Assembly: GCA_021796275.1 (NCBI GenBank)
Contig: JAJYOI010000001.1
Location: 6,803-70,802 of the forward strand
Length of the DNA: 64,000 bases
DNA from: Bacteroidota bacterium
GTDB lineage: Bacteria > Bacteroidota > Ignavibacteria > UBA10030 > UBA8401
Direction: 5' to 3'
This document shows, piece by piece, positions 9,172 through 18,584 of this stretch. Positions within the stretch are counted from its first letter, which is position 1. Every line of letters starts with the position of its first letter. Both the position numbers and the translations under genes were made by a program. Below the pieces are notes generated by a model. That model saw only the letters and a list, made by a program, of their open reading frames with translations, was not told where the DNA came from and made no database searches.

Positions 9172-12100
9172 TTAATATCCCGCGAAGATGGTAAAATAGA
9201 TCAGCGAAAACTGCGTGTTATTTATTTTATCAACGGGGCGCTGATAATTGTAGTCTGTAATCTTATAGCCGAAATCGATCACGATATTGTAACCGCTGTA
9301 TTGAGCTTTGTTTGTCATTGAAATCGCTGTCGTGGAAGCATTCACGTCGCCGACGCCGTCGCGCAAAAAGCGGTTCTTGACAAGAAGCGCATCAGTGAGA
9401 CCGAACAGGCCTGTTCCCTGAACTCCGAAATGAAGTTCTGTATTATTCGTTAAACGATAATCAACGCGAAGTATCGGGATCAGCGATTGCGTGTGCGCCA
9501 TGATCGTTGTCGAGGTTGAATTGTCGTCATAAACATTTGTCGACACAACCTTCAATGTCCGGATTTTGAACTGCGGACGAAATTGCAAACGATTCTCAAG
9601 TATTGAATATGTGTAGTCAATTTTGTTGACAAGTCCAAGCGAAGTGATTTCGCCGGCAAACTGTTCGTCAACAAGCGGCCCGAATTGAAGTTCCGCCAAT
9701 GTCGGCGCACCGACAACATACCTTTTGTTGGATTCAAACCGAATATTGTTTTCGATGTTCAAATTAGGAATTTGCGTGTACCGCGTTCCGACGTACACTG
9801 TATGAGAAAGGCTATTGCGGTACAAAAGCGGATCAATGACGTACTGCGGGGTCGGGTCATTCGATATCACTCCGCTGAATTGATATCCGTCATTCCGGAT
9901 ATTATCATGAACACGTTTGAGAGTGTAATAGAGATCCACACTTCCCAATCGTGGAGTAGATACGTTGTATGTCGCCTTAAAATAATTCACGTCGCTTTCT
10001 CCACCGCGTGCTAATGCCGTTTCACGAATGAAGCCGATAGCAAGCTGCATGTTCCGCATCGCTTCAAGCAAAGCAAATGCATGGTAGCCGTCGGCGTCGG
10101 GATTATAGGGGTAATCCGGATAGATGTCGTTTTCCTGATCGTCAATGACGCTGTTATTGTTCCAATCGTCCCCGGCTTCAAAAGCAGGTGGGTCGCTGTA
10201 GTACGTCAAGAAATCTTCAGTATAATCCGGCAGACCATTCGAGTTGCGGTCATCGTCCGGAATGCCGTCATGATCTTTGTCTTTCCCGGGAAAAATTCCC
10301 GCGTCGGGTTTGCGGATGATATCGTTCAAGCCGGTAAGCTCATTCACATTTTCACGGTAGCCCAATAAAAATGGATCAGGTTTTGAATTCAGCACATCGG
10401 TATTTCGCGGAAACGATGTGTTTGCCGTTGCATTATAAAAATAGAAGCCATCCTCCCACCGGTCATTGTCATCATTGTCGTCAACAAGATCATAGTTGGC
10501 ACCGCCGGCAAGCAAATTATCTGTTGTTACTTTTGAAATATCATCTGTGCTGTAACCGATTGCATCCGGCGGATTATACACAATCGAACCATCTTGGGCA
10601 AAGCTGCTGTAATAACTGTTTTCCAATGTGTAGAGATTCAGCGATGTGCTGTACCACGGCTCGATACGGTACCGTTCTCCGCCCAGCGTCAACCTCCCAA
10701 TTTTTTTTGTGCCGCGAAAGTAAAACGCTGTACCATCCTTTTCATTCCACGGCGCCGCTAAGAGCGGATATTTACTGTAGGTAGCACTGCGGTCAAATTC
10801 TCCTTCTACGTTAAAGCCATTCCAATCGAACTTAAAGTTCATTCCATAGACGGCCATACCGGTAGTCAAACCGTAGGTATAAGAAACCCACCGCTTGTTC
10901 GAAGCATCCTGCACATTTCCCATTGCACGCTCGACCGGAAAGAACGGTGTCGGTGTTCCGACAATTGTCGTATCCCAGTGATTCGGATACCGTGGATCGT
11001 TTGGAGAATCCGGATACTTATCTGATACAAGCACCCAGTCATGTGCCGCATCCATTGCATAATCGTTCGCAAGCAAAAACGAAACCGATACCGATTGCGT
11101 CCCATACGGCATGATGAAAGCATAAACAAGATTTGAGTTCCCTTTTAATTCCGTAGGGTACTGCGGCGGCGGCACAACTGCACCGTCCTTCATTGTGAAC
11201 TGCGTACGATAATTATCGTAGTTTGTGAAATTCTTGTAAATAGTTTGACCAGAAACCGGATCGGTAACACCGGTATTGACACCTTTTCCCGGAACATAAA
11301 TCTGAGAACTGAAACCGAAATCTTTGAAGACCCAATATTGAATCGGGTTGTTCAAATTCGTATTGAGTTGGCTGGGTACATCTCCGTTAATATTGACAAT
11401 CGCGCGTTGAACACCATTCACAACAATTTTTGGTTGAGCATAAATAATCGGGCCGGATTTATCAAGCGGAGAATCGTCACGGACACGGATGAAAATGACG
11501 CGCGGAATTGCGTCTGCTACAACGCCTTTGAGTGAAGCATTCTTGCTGTCAATGCTCGAGTGCCGTTGATTTTGATTCACGTACGTTGCACCGACGGTCA
11601 GCATATCGCCAAAGTCCGTTTCAAAATGTCCGCCGAACAAATACGTCGCCCAATCCCGCGGCCGGGCAATGGAATTCGGCAAACTCGATGCGTCAAAACG
11701 AATGCGGACAGGATCGGATTCACGCGAGACAAGAATTGTTCCGCGATATTTTTCTGTCGCGCCGTCCCACCGCATGCCGTTGAATCGTGCCTTGTCAAGC
11801 GTAAGCGAAGTGAACTTTGTGCGGATCGCCTCGCCCAACATAATGCGTGAATTAAACCCGCCGTATGCGTCGTTTCCAATTACCAAATTATTGAACCACA
11901 AATTATAGTACTTTGATTTCTGTACGTCACTTCCGCCAAGTACCGGATTAATGAATTCGCTTTGCGATTCATTCAATTCATAAATTGACAGCCCGTCGAC
12001 CAAAAAATTTCCGAAATTATCATAAATTTTTCTTTTATTGAACTGAATGCTGTAGTTCTCGTAATTGCGTCCGGAATAATTTGAATATCCTTCATCGCCT

Positions 12101-12189
12101 TTGATCTCGTCCCGGTTAATAAATTGCGCATAAAAAACATCAGTGCAGCTAAAAAACAGTATCAGCACAGACAGTAACTTACGATTCAC
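9172..12189 (-). CDS. Large outer-membrane protein of 1005 aa with Asp-rich calcium-binding (thrombospondin type-3-like) loops
   Basis: Signal peptide MNRKLLSVLILFFSCTDVFYAQ. DKDHDGIPDDDRNSNGLPDY...DDQENDIYPDYPYNPDADG matches the DxDxDGxxDxxD pattern. The C-terminal strands end in an aromatic residue (..FTIFAGY), which is typical of OM beta-barrels. Confidence 0.55.
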   Translation of the reverse strand: MNRKLLSVLILFFSCTDVFYAQFINRDEIKGDEGYSNYSGRNYENYSIQFNKRKIYDNFGNFLVDGLSIYELNESQSEFINPVLGGSDVQKSKYYNLWFNNLVIGNDAYGGFNSRIMLGEAIRTKFTSLTLDKARFNGMRWDGATEKYRGTILVSRESDPVRIRFDASSLPNSIARPRDWATYLFGGHFETDFGDMLTVGATYVNQNQRHSSIDSKNASLKGVVADAIPRVIFIRVRDDSPLDKSGPIIYAQPKIVVNGVQRAIVNINGDVPSQLNTNLNNPIQYWVFKDFGFSSQIYVPGKGVNTGVTDPVSGQTIYKNFTNYDNYRTQFTMKDGAVVPPPQYPTELKGNSNLVYAFIMPYGTQSVSVSFLLANDYAMDAAHDWVLVSDKYPDSPNDPRYPNHWDTTIVGTPTPFFPVERAMGNVQDASNKRWVSYTYGLTTGMAVYGMNFKFDWNGFNVEGEFDRSATYSKYPLLAAPWNEKDGTAFYFRGTKKIGRLTLGGERYRIEPWYSTSLNLYTLENSYYSSFAQDGSIVYNPPDAIGYSTDDISKVTTDNLLAGGANYDLVDDNDDNDRWEDGFYFYNATANTSFPRNTDVLNSKPDPFLLGYRENVNELTGLNDIIRKPDAGIFPGKDKDHDGIPDDDRNSNGLPDYTEDFLTYYSDPPAFEAGDDWNNNSVIDDQENDIYPDYPYNPDADGYHAFALLEAMRNMQLAIGFIRETALARGGESDVNYFKATYNVSTPRLGSVDLYYTLKRVHDNIRNDGYQFSGVISNDPTPQYVIDPLLYRNSLSHTVYVGTRYTQIPNLNIENNIRFESNKRYVVGAPTLAELQFGPLVDEQFAGEITSLGLVNKIDYTYSILENRLQFRPQFKIRTLKVVSTNVYDDNSTSTTIMAHTQSLIPILRVDYRLTNNTELHFGVQGTGLFGLTDALLVKNRFLRDGVGDVNASTTAISMTNKAQYSGYNIVIDFGYKITDYNYQRPVDKINNTQFSLIYFTIFAGY

Positions 12190-12203
12190 TCTGCACTCCG
12201 AAA

Positions 12204-13184
12204 TCAGTTAAAAACATAGCCTAATGAAAGAGAACTAATACCGCCAACATTCCCCACCATCGCCTGGTATGAAAATGAATAGTCAATCGTAACATTTCCG
12301 ATGACAATGCCAAAACCGGCGTCGTACTCGCCTTGCGAATTTGCCGCAGTTAATCTGCCGCCGCCCGCGCGCACCAAAAATGCGGCAGCCGAGCCGAGCA
12401 CGGTCGTTTTCAAACCGATAAATTCCGCACCGCCGCCGACACGAATATCTTTTCCCTTCACAGTAATGCCCGCAGTAGCTGAATAGTCATACACGCGGGA
12501 AATATAGGAAGCTCCCGCACTCAACTCCGCGGGAAGTTTTGCATCGCTTGATCCGTTTGAGGCGACAGATGGTTGTGTGAAATTCAAGACCGACGCACCA
12601 ATTTGAATGTCGTTGCCTTTGAAAATATCTTTGAACGAATAAATTGCGCCGACATCGAAAGAAAATCCGAGATATGAAAGCGCATCCTCTGGAACCGCAT
12701 TTTCGCCTTGCGGCGCAAGTGCGCTCCACCGAAGCATTTTCACGCTGCCGCCAACGGACAATTGACCGTCGAACATTTGACGCGCAAAGGTACCGACAGC
12801 CATATTTTCCGACCAGCCTGCGGGAGCAAACTGAGTCACGCCGATTCCTATAACGCCAAGATCACTCACAGGATAATCGCCGGCAAACGAAAAGAAATTC
12901 AGGTTGGCATCGGCGATATTCGGATACAGATTTGTATATGAGGTGAAGAGCTTCAGCGAGCGGCCGAAGCCTATACCGGCAGGATTATAAAAAATAAGTG
13001 AGGGATCATCAGAGAGTGAAACAGCGGCACGCCCAAGCGAAGTGATCTTTGCACTGTATCCCTTATCAACAAATGCTTGTGCGTATGCAGTGTCCCGCTC
13101 TGATATGATCAACAATGAGAAAGAAAGAAAAATCTTCAGTAGCAAAGTTCTCACATGTATGCTTTCGTTAGTAAGCAACAACAA
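12204..13184 (-). CDS. FadL-superfamily outer-membrane beta-barrel. It is probably the PorP/SprF-family T9SS partner of the adjacent type-B CTD cargo.
   Basis: About 300 aa with a signal peptide. N-terminal hatch motif GRAAVSLSDDPSLIFYNPAGIGF (the G.A...DD....NPAG motif shared by FadL, PorV and PorP/SprF). Gly/Ala-rich amphipathic strands. It overlaps the 3' end of the upstream cargo gene by 17 nt. Confidence 0.5.
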   Translation of the reverse strand: MLLLTNESIHVRTLLLKIFLSFSLLIISERDTAYAQAFVDKGYSAKITSLGRAAVSLSDDPSLIFYNPAGIGFGRSLKLFTSYTNLYPNIADANLNFFSFAGDYPVSDLGVIGIGVTQFAPAGWSENMAVGTFARQMFDGQLSVGGSVKMLRWSALAPQGENAVPEDALSYLGFSFDVGAIYSFKDIFKGNDIQIGASVLNFTQPSVASNGSSDAKLPAELSAGASYISRVYDYSATAGITVKGKDIRVGGGAEFIGLKTTVLGSAAAFLVRAGGGRLTAANSQGEYDAGFGIVIGNVTIDYSFSYQAMVGNVGGISSLSLGYVFN

Positions 13185-14919
13185 CTGTTTTCGTTACAAA
13201 TTCTCCCCCGTTATCAACATTTACGGCGAGCTGAATAATATACACGCCCGGCAAAACCAGCTTGCCATTATCATTCCTCCCATCCCATAAAAATCCTTTT
13301 CCTCCGCTTCGTGGATCGCCAAAATATGGATTTGCTGCCGACGGCATCGAAACAACCGTTCTGATTTTTTTGCCGGTTAAATCGTAAATGGAAATTGACA
13401 ACGTTTTAGGCGTTTCAACATTAGCCACAGAAAAATCAATAATCGTGGCATCATTTTTTCCATCACCATTAGGAGTGAACGGATTAGGATCTATTTGAAC
13501 ATCAACCAGAACATTTTCAGGCACTCCGTTTGTCGTTACCGACCAACCATCGCCGGTTGCGGTTCGATGAGGATCGACAAACTGAGGGTTCCATGAAGCA
13601 TTTTTGCTGACGATCTCAGCGGGAAAATCGGCGCCTTCAATTAGTTTTGTAGTGAATGTAATATCGATTGTCGAAGATGTAACTATTGTCTGCGGGAACC
13701 CAATTGTCATTTGGTCGGGAGCGGGGAGAAAAGTATAAGAGATTGGAACTCCATCAGAAGAAACGGAACGAACCACTGCCGGACCCGGACTTCTAATTTT
13801 TACTGTATCCAGTCCAAGTGAGCTATGCGAAAAGTACGCCGCAATAGAATATTTCAACGTCACTGGGCTTAGCACGGGAACATCGGACGGAGTAATAAAC
13901 GCAACAGTCGAATCCGCAATCAGATTTTTTTGATAGACAAACTTTACGCCTTTCACTTTCGGCGTACCTAAATCTGACGTGAAAAGATGAAGGCGGTATT
14001 GAAAATTTCTCCTCGGCTCTTTGACATCAAGGAGCGTTCCTTTTTCGGCTTCTTCAGCCGAAAAGAATTCGACCGGCGTTGACCAGGCAGACCAAGTTGT
14101 GTCAGCAGCCGGTGTGTTCCCGGTGCGCATCTCAATTGAAACCGATGTTGCATTATCAAAATCAGCGTCAACATAAACCTGCCCGAAATTCACTGCTGCA
14201 CCAAGCGAGGTATCAATCGCAGAAGTGTACGTTCCCTCCGAAACATATCCTTCCCCGAAAATCCTGATTTCGGAAATAACGGTATAATCCGTGAGAGTCT
14301 GTTTATCCAAGACAAAAACAAGGTAACGCGCAATGACGGGCTGTGAAAGATAGGCAGTATGAATAGAATCCTGGTTATCGAGTTCCTGATAAATTTTTGT
14401 AAGACTATTAGAATCCACCCCGGCATAATAAGAAAATGCGAGCGGGCGTTGTTTCTTTGACGAACCGAACCCGCCCAAATCTGCCACCTGAATTCGATTA
14501 ATACGGCGAATCGCCTGCAAGTCAATTGTAATGAAAGAACCAACATTGCCCGGCGGCAGCGATACGATGGAAAAAAGATTGTTGTCACGCAATTTGTTCG
14601 CATTCATTTTCGCTGTGTCGGGAACCGTCGTGTTGGGAATTGGACCATTAGTTTGCGGAATAGGGCCGATATAGGTTATCGAGAAGCGGGCATCGAGCGC
14701 CAGGTTTTTTGTGTCGCCGCTTGCGAGAACAATGGCATGCGGCACCGCACCCAAGTCAACATCCGCAGTTTGCTGTATATCCCGCTTGGTAGAGTCTGAA
14801 AAATCCGTTATCGAATAAACGAGAGAATCAGAGGAACTTGTAACTTCGGGTAACTGCGAGTATAAACTTAGAGGAAAAATAACCGAGGTGACAAAGAAGA
14901 GATAAAATATTTTTCTCAT
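13168..14919 (-). CDS. Secreted adhesin-like protein with a type-B T9SS C-terminal domain (gliding-motility-associated / SprB-type CTD)
   Basis: The C-terminus VQIDPNPFTPNGDGKNDATIIDF...YDLTGKKIRTV...FLWDGRNDNGKLVLPGVYIIQL carries the NPFTPNGDGKND signature. The signal peptide MRKIFYLFFVTSVIFPLSLYSQ starts at ATG 14919. The ORF-track start at 14994 is likely too long. Confidence 0.7.
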   Translation of the reverse strand: MRKIFYLFFVTSVIFPLSLYSQLPEVTSSSDSLVYSITDFSDSTKRDIQQTADVDLGAVPHAIVLASGDTKNLALDARFSITYIGPIPQTNGPIPNTTVPDTAKMNANKLRDNNLFSIVSLPPGNVGSFITIDLQAIRRINRIQVADLGGFGSSKKQRPLAFSYYAGVDSNSLTKIYQELDNQDSIHTAYLSQPVIARYLVFVLDKQTLTDYTVISEIRIFGEGYVSEGTYTSAIDTSLGAAVNFGQVYVDADFDNATSVSIEMRTGNTPAADTTWSAWSTPVEFFSAEEAEKGTLLDVKEPRRNFQYRLHLFTSDLGTPKVKGVKFVYQKNLIADSTVAFITPSDVPVLSPVTLKYSIAAYFSHSSLGLDTVKIRSPGPAVVRSVSSDGVPISYTFLPAPDQMTIGFPQTIVTSSTIDITFTTKLIEGADFPAEIVSKNASWNPQFVDPHRTATGDGWSVTTNGVPENVLVDVQIDPNPFTPNGDGKNDATIIDFSVANVETPKTLSISIYDLTGKKIRTVVSMPSAANPYFGDPRSGGKGFLWDGRNDNGKLVLPGVYIIQLAVNVDNGGEFVTKTVVVAY

Positions 14920-14972
14920 GAATACTGCATATTGTATCGAAGGTTTGTTAGAAGGGTAAACTAACCGCAGTG

Positions 14973-15001
14973 AATATACAAGATATTGCCCCAATTGTCA
15001 A
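14973..15001 (-). promoter_or_regulatory. Sigma-70-type promoter (TTGACA-N17-TATATT) driving the T9SS-cargo/OM operon
   Basis: On the minus strand, TTGACA is the reverse complement of 14996-15001 and TATATT is the reverse complement of 14973-14978, with a spacer of exactly 17 nt. It sits about 50 nt upstream of ATG 14919. Confidence 0.5.
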
Positions 15002-15012
15002 TATATTGCCAA

Positions 15013-15612
15013 CTAATTCCTATACAACCGATGTTCCATGATATACTCTTCCACAGAAGTAGGAACGAGATAACGAATTGATCGGTGCGCTTTCACTGAG
15101 GCGCGAATTTCCGATGACGATATTTCAATATCTGGAACATCAACAAAAATTGCAGACGAAGAAAATGGAAGCTGCTGCTGATTGTGTTGATATGAAGCGC
15201 GATTCATAACAATAAGCTTTGCCTGTTCTACAATTCGTTCTGGAAATTTCCATGTCCGAAATTCAATGAAGTTATCCATCCCGATCAAAAAAAATAATAA
15301 GTCGTTCGTGTGCTCGGCGCGAAGCGCTTCGACAGTTTCAAAAGTGTAAGATGTCCCTTTCCGCTTCAGTTCAATATCGGAAACTGTGAAATGGGAATTA
15401 TCCTTAATTGCAAGTCTAACCATTTCCAACCGCGCTCGTGCATCTTTTTCTTCCCCCGCTTGTTTATGTGGTGAAATGAAAGATGGAATAAAAATAATTT
15501 TGTCCAAGCCGGCCCTTTCGCGAACATGCTCAGCAACAATCAAATGGCCGTAATGCGGCGGATTGAATGTTCCGCCAAAAATTCCAATGTTCATTTTTTT
15601 CTTATCGTTCAT
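15013..15612 (-). CDS. nadD: Nicotinate-nucleotide adenylyltransferase
   Basis: IGIFGGTFNPPHYGHL (H/TxGH) motif, typical NadD length, SxxxxR-like C-terminal region. Confidence 0.9.
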   Translation of the reverse strand: MNDKKKMNIGIFGGTFNPPHYGHLIVAEHVRERAGLDKIIFIPSFISPHKQAGEEKDARARLEMVRLAIKDNSHFTVSDIELKRKGTSYTFETVEALRAEHTNDLLFFLIGMDNFIEFRTWKFPERIVEQAKLIVMNRASYQHNQQQLPFSSSAIFVDVPDIEISSSEIRASVKAHRSIRYLVPTSVEEYIMEHRLYRN

Positions 15613-16717
15613 TTTTTCCCATCACTTTTTCATAAATTTCCATTGTCTTTTGCGCAGTCGTTCGCCACGAAAAAAGCCGGGAACGCTCTCTCCCTTTCTC
15701 AATCATGTTTTTCCTTAAATCTGGTTCTCGCAATAAACAAACGATCGCATCTGCAAATTCATCAACATTCCCCGACTCGCAAATCATCGCCGCATTCCCT
15801 ACGACTTCCGGCAATGATGCAGCCTTCGAAATAACAACCGGAATTCCGCATGCCATCGCTTCCAACGCGGGCAAACCAAATCCTTCATATAGCGACGGAA
15901 GCACAAGCATCTCTGCCGCGTTGTATGCAAGCATAACGTCATCATCAGCAAGCCGGCCGAGAGTTTTTATTCTTCCCGAAATTTCAGAGACACCGGTGTT
16001 CAGCCAATCCACACCTTCATGATTCAATGTTCCACCTACAATTACAAGGTCAATATCGGGAAAAATGCGAAGGGCTTTTTTGAATGCATCAAGCAATACT
16101 TCCAGCCCTTTGTGAGGTTTGGTGTTGCCGACAAAAAGAACGTACGGCCGTTCAAGTTGAAACCTCGATCTAAAATCCTCAGCTTCAGAAGAAGTATGTT
16201 TTTGACGAAATCGCTCCGACACACCGAGATGAATTGGTACAATCTTTTCTTCCCGCACCCGGAATGAGCGGAGAATATCGTGCTTTGTAAACTCGGAATC
16301 TGTTATGATATATTGAGCATCACGGACTGCGTGAAGAATCATTCCGTAAGAATACGCCCGCTGAAAGGAAGAAAATAATTCCGGAAATCGTAAATGAATA
16401 AGATCGTGGATTGTTACCACCGCTCTCTCCTTCAATCCAAAGGGAAGCGTATAATGCGGCGCATGGAAAACCGAGACATCATTTACTGCAGCCCTTCTGC
16501 CGAATAGAAAAATCTCGCTCACTGAATACTTGCCATATCGTACAACAGATGTTGTCCATCCGTCAGGAATAGAAAGTTTTTCTTCATCCTCCGGCGAGAC
16601 AAAAAGAAGAAACTCGTGCCCGGATTGAATCAAAGGCAATTCTTCAACAAGATGTCTGATATACGTCCCAATCCCGAAGTCATAATATTTTCTTGCGTCA
16701 ATTGCGATACGGCTCAT
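15602..16717 (-). CDS. Glycosyltransferase family 4 (GT-B fold)
   Basis: EX7E-type motif region [18 protein letters not shown]. Start at Met [10 protein letters not shown] (ATG 16717). Overlaps nadD by 11 nt. Confidence 0.8.
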   Translation of the reverse strand: MSRIAIDARKYYDFGIGTYIRHLVEELPLIQSGHEFLLFVSPEDEEKLSIPDGWTTSVVRYGKYSVSEIFLFGRRAAVNDVSVFHAPHYTLPFGLKERAVVTIHDLIHLRFPELFSSFQRAYSYGMILHAVRDAQYIITDSEFTKHDILRSFRVREEKIVPIHLGVSERFRQKHTSSEAEDFRSRFQLERPYVLFVGNTKPHKGLEVLLDAFKKALRIFPDIDLVIVGGTLNHEGVDWLNTGVSEISGRIKTLGRLADDDVMLAYNAAEMLVLPSLYEGFGLPALEAMACGIPVVISKAASLPEVVGNAAMICESGNVDEFADAIVCLLREPDLRKNMIEKGRERSRLFSWRTTAQKTMEIYEKVMGKNER

Positions 16718-16721
16718 AGTA

Positions 16722-17546
16722 TTATCCGTGTGACTTGAACAACGAAGCAAGGATTACTGCCGACGTTTTTTTACCGCTTGCAGTTAGAAACCGAACGGCA
16801 AATTTCAAGAAAAGATAAATACGTAAAAAGATTCGCTGCGGTATTGATCGGAATTTATCGTAAAACCGAAGCTGGCTTTTCCGATATTCTGTCTGGATTT
16901 TCGCATTTGACACATCGTAGCTTTTTCCGCCCAAATGTATAAGGCTGAGTTCTTGAAAATACTTAATTGAAAAGCCATTGCGCAACACGCGAAAGCATAA
17001 ATCAATATCCTCAAAATACATGAAATACTTTTCATCGAACCCGCCGGCTTGCTCAAATACTGACCGGCGCACCATCATCGCGGCTCCAGTTACCCATTCA
17101 ATATTTCCGGATACTACCACTTCACGTTTTGTTTTCCACTCATTCAAAAGTGACGGGAATTTTCCGTACGAAATTTGGAACGAACCATCTTCATTGCTCA
17201 GCGAGGGTGCGGCAATGCCGTTCGTTTCATTTTGTTTCATGAATACAGCAAGCGGCGTAATAATGTCCGAAGTAAAAAGCGTGTCGTTATTAACAAAGAA
17301 AAGAAAATCACCGCACGCTTTCATCACACCAAAATTGTTCGCACTGCTGAAACCTTGATTTTGTTCCAGCAGAAATACTTGATGCTCGGGAAAATCCTTT
17401 TTAAGCCGATGCCCGCTTCCGTCTGCTGAGTTATTATCAACAATAATAACTTCATAATCCAAGGAAGGCGCAAACTGTTTCAGAGATAAAAGACACTGCT
17501 CAGTATAAATGCCGCCGTTATAATTTACAATGATAACGGAAACCAT
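16722..17546 (-). CDS. Glycosyltransferase family 2
   Basis: N-terminal VSVIIVNYNGG...DNNSADGS (DxD-type GT-A signature). Confidence 0.8.
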   Translation of the reverse strand: MVSVIIVNYNGGIYTEQCLLSLKQFAPSLDYEVIIVDNNSADGSGHRLKKDFPEHQVFLLEQNQGFSSANNFGVMKACGDFLFFVNNDTLFTSDIITPLAVFMKQNETNGIAAPSLSNEDGSFQISYGKFPSLLNEWKTKREVVVSGNIEWVTGAAMMVRRSVFEQAGGFDEKYFMYFEDIDLCFRVLRNGFSIKYFQELSLIHLGGKSYDVSNAKIQTEYRKSQLRFYDKFRSIPQRIFLRIYLFLKFAVRFLTASGKKTSAVILASLFKSHG

Positions 17547-17549
17547 GTT

Positions 17550-18581
17550 TTAATCGGTCATGAATTCTATTGTTCGAATATTCACGATTCTGAAATACCA
17601 AAGCGCAATTTTGTTGATGAGTGTTCCGAATATTGATTCGCCGTTCGTTATTTTGCTTGTCATTCGTCGGATGATTTCTTCTTCTGAAACTTTCTTCAAC
17701 ACTGCAAGTTCGCCTCGCTTTTTCCGAATCAATCCGATATGAGACAGGAGCCACCAATACGCCCGGACTATTCCGACGATGGAATATTTCGTCGGAAGCA
17801 AACCGGCGGCACTTTTAGCAAGCGCGTTTAACACGAATAAAGGCAAAAGCTTTACTAATGTTTTCGGAGAGAAAAAAAGAAAAGTATTCAACAAACGATT
17901 ACGCTCTTGATAGAACGTCTTCACAGAAGATTTTTGATTCCTTGCCGTACCGGAGCCGCGATGGTACACAACTGAATCGTTCACATGAATTACATGGTAA
18001 CCGGCAAATCGGGCTTTCAAACTTAAATACACATCTTCACCGTAGGTAAAATACTCAACGTCGAAAGGAATTCCAAAAATGTTCTTCTTGTAAATAAGCG
18101 ACGCTCCGCCTGCAAAAAAAATATCTTCCCGCTTTTTGAAGACACGCATAATGTTATGCCCGAGAAAATTAACCGAACCGTTCATCTCGTAGTATTTTTG
18201 CGGAATACCCTCAGTCAAAATGAGTGATGATGCTGCGGCAACATCAGCCGGAGAAACAGCGCTCACCAGATTAGAAAGCCAGTCTTTTTCTGCTCGTGTG
18301 TCGTTATTTAAAAGAACAATGAGAGTGCCATGCGAAGCTTGAACACCAAGGTTATTCCCTCCGGCAAAACCAGAATTGGTTTGAGAACGGACAATCTTTA
18401 CCTGCGGAAAGTGTTCCCGAACAAATTCCACGCTGTCATCTGATGAAGCATTGTCAACAAGAATAACTTCAAATTGAGTGTACGCTTGTCGAAACACCGA
18501 ACTCAAACACACATCCAAGAAGCGTTTGCCGTTAAAATTGACAATGATAATTGAAACAACCGGTTGTTGAGTCTCGCTCAT
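17550..18581 (-). CDS. Glycosyltransferase family 2
   Basis: VSIIIVNFNGKRFL...VDNASSDDS. Confidence 0.8.
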   Translation of the reverse strand: MSETQQPVVSIIIVNFNGKRFLDVCLSSVFRQAYTQFEVILVDNASSDDSVEFVREHFPQVKIVRSQTNSGFAGGNNLGVQASHGTLIVLLNNDTRAEKDWLSNLVSAVSPADVAAASSLILTEGIPQKYYEMNGSVNFLGHNIMRVFKKREDIFFAGGASLIYKKNIFGIPFDVEYFTYGEDVYLSLKARFAGYHVIHVNDSVVYHRGSGTARNQKSSVKTFYQERNRLLNTFLFFSPKTLVKLLPLFVLNALAKSAAGLLPTKYSIVGIVRAYWWLLSHIGLIRKKRGELAVLKKVSEEEIIRRMTSKITNGESIFGTLINKIALWYFRIVNIRTIEFMTD

Positions 18582-18584
18582 CAG

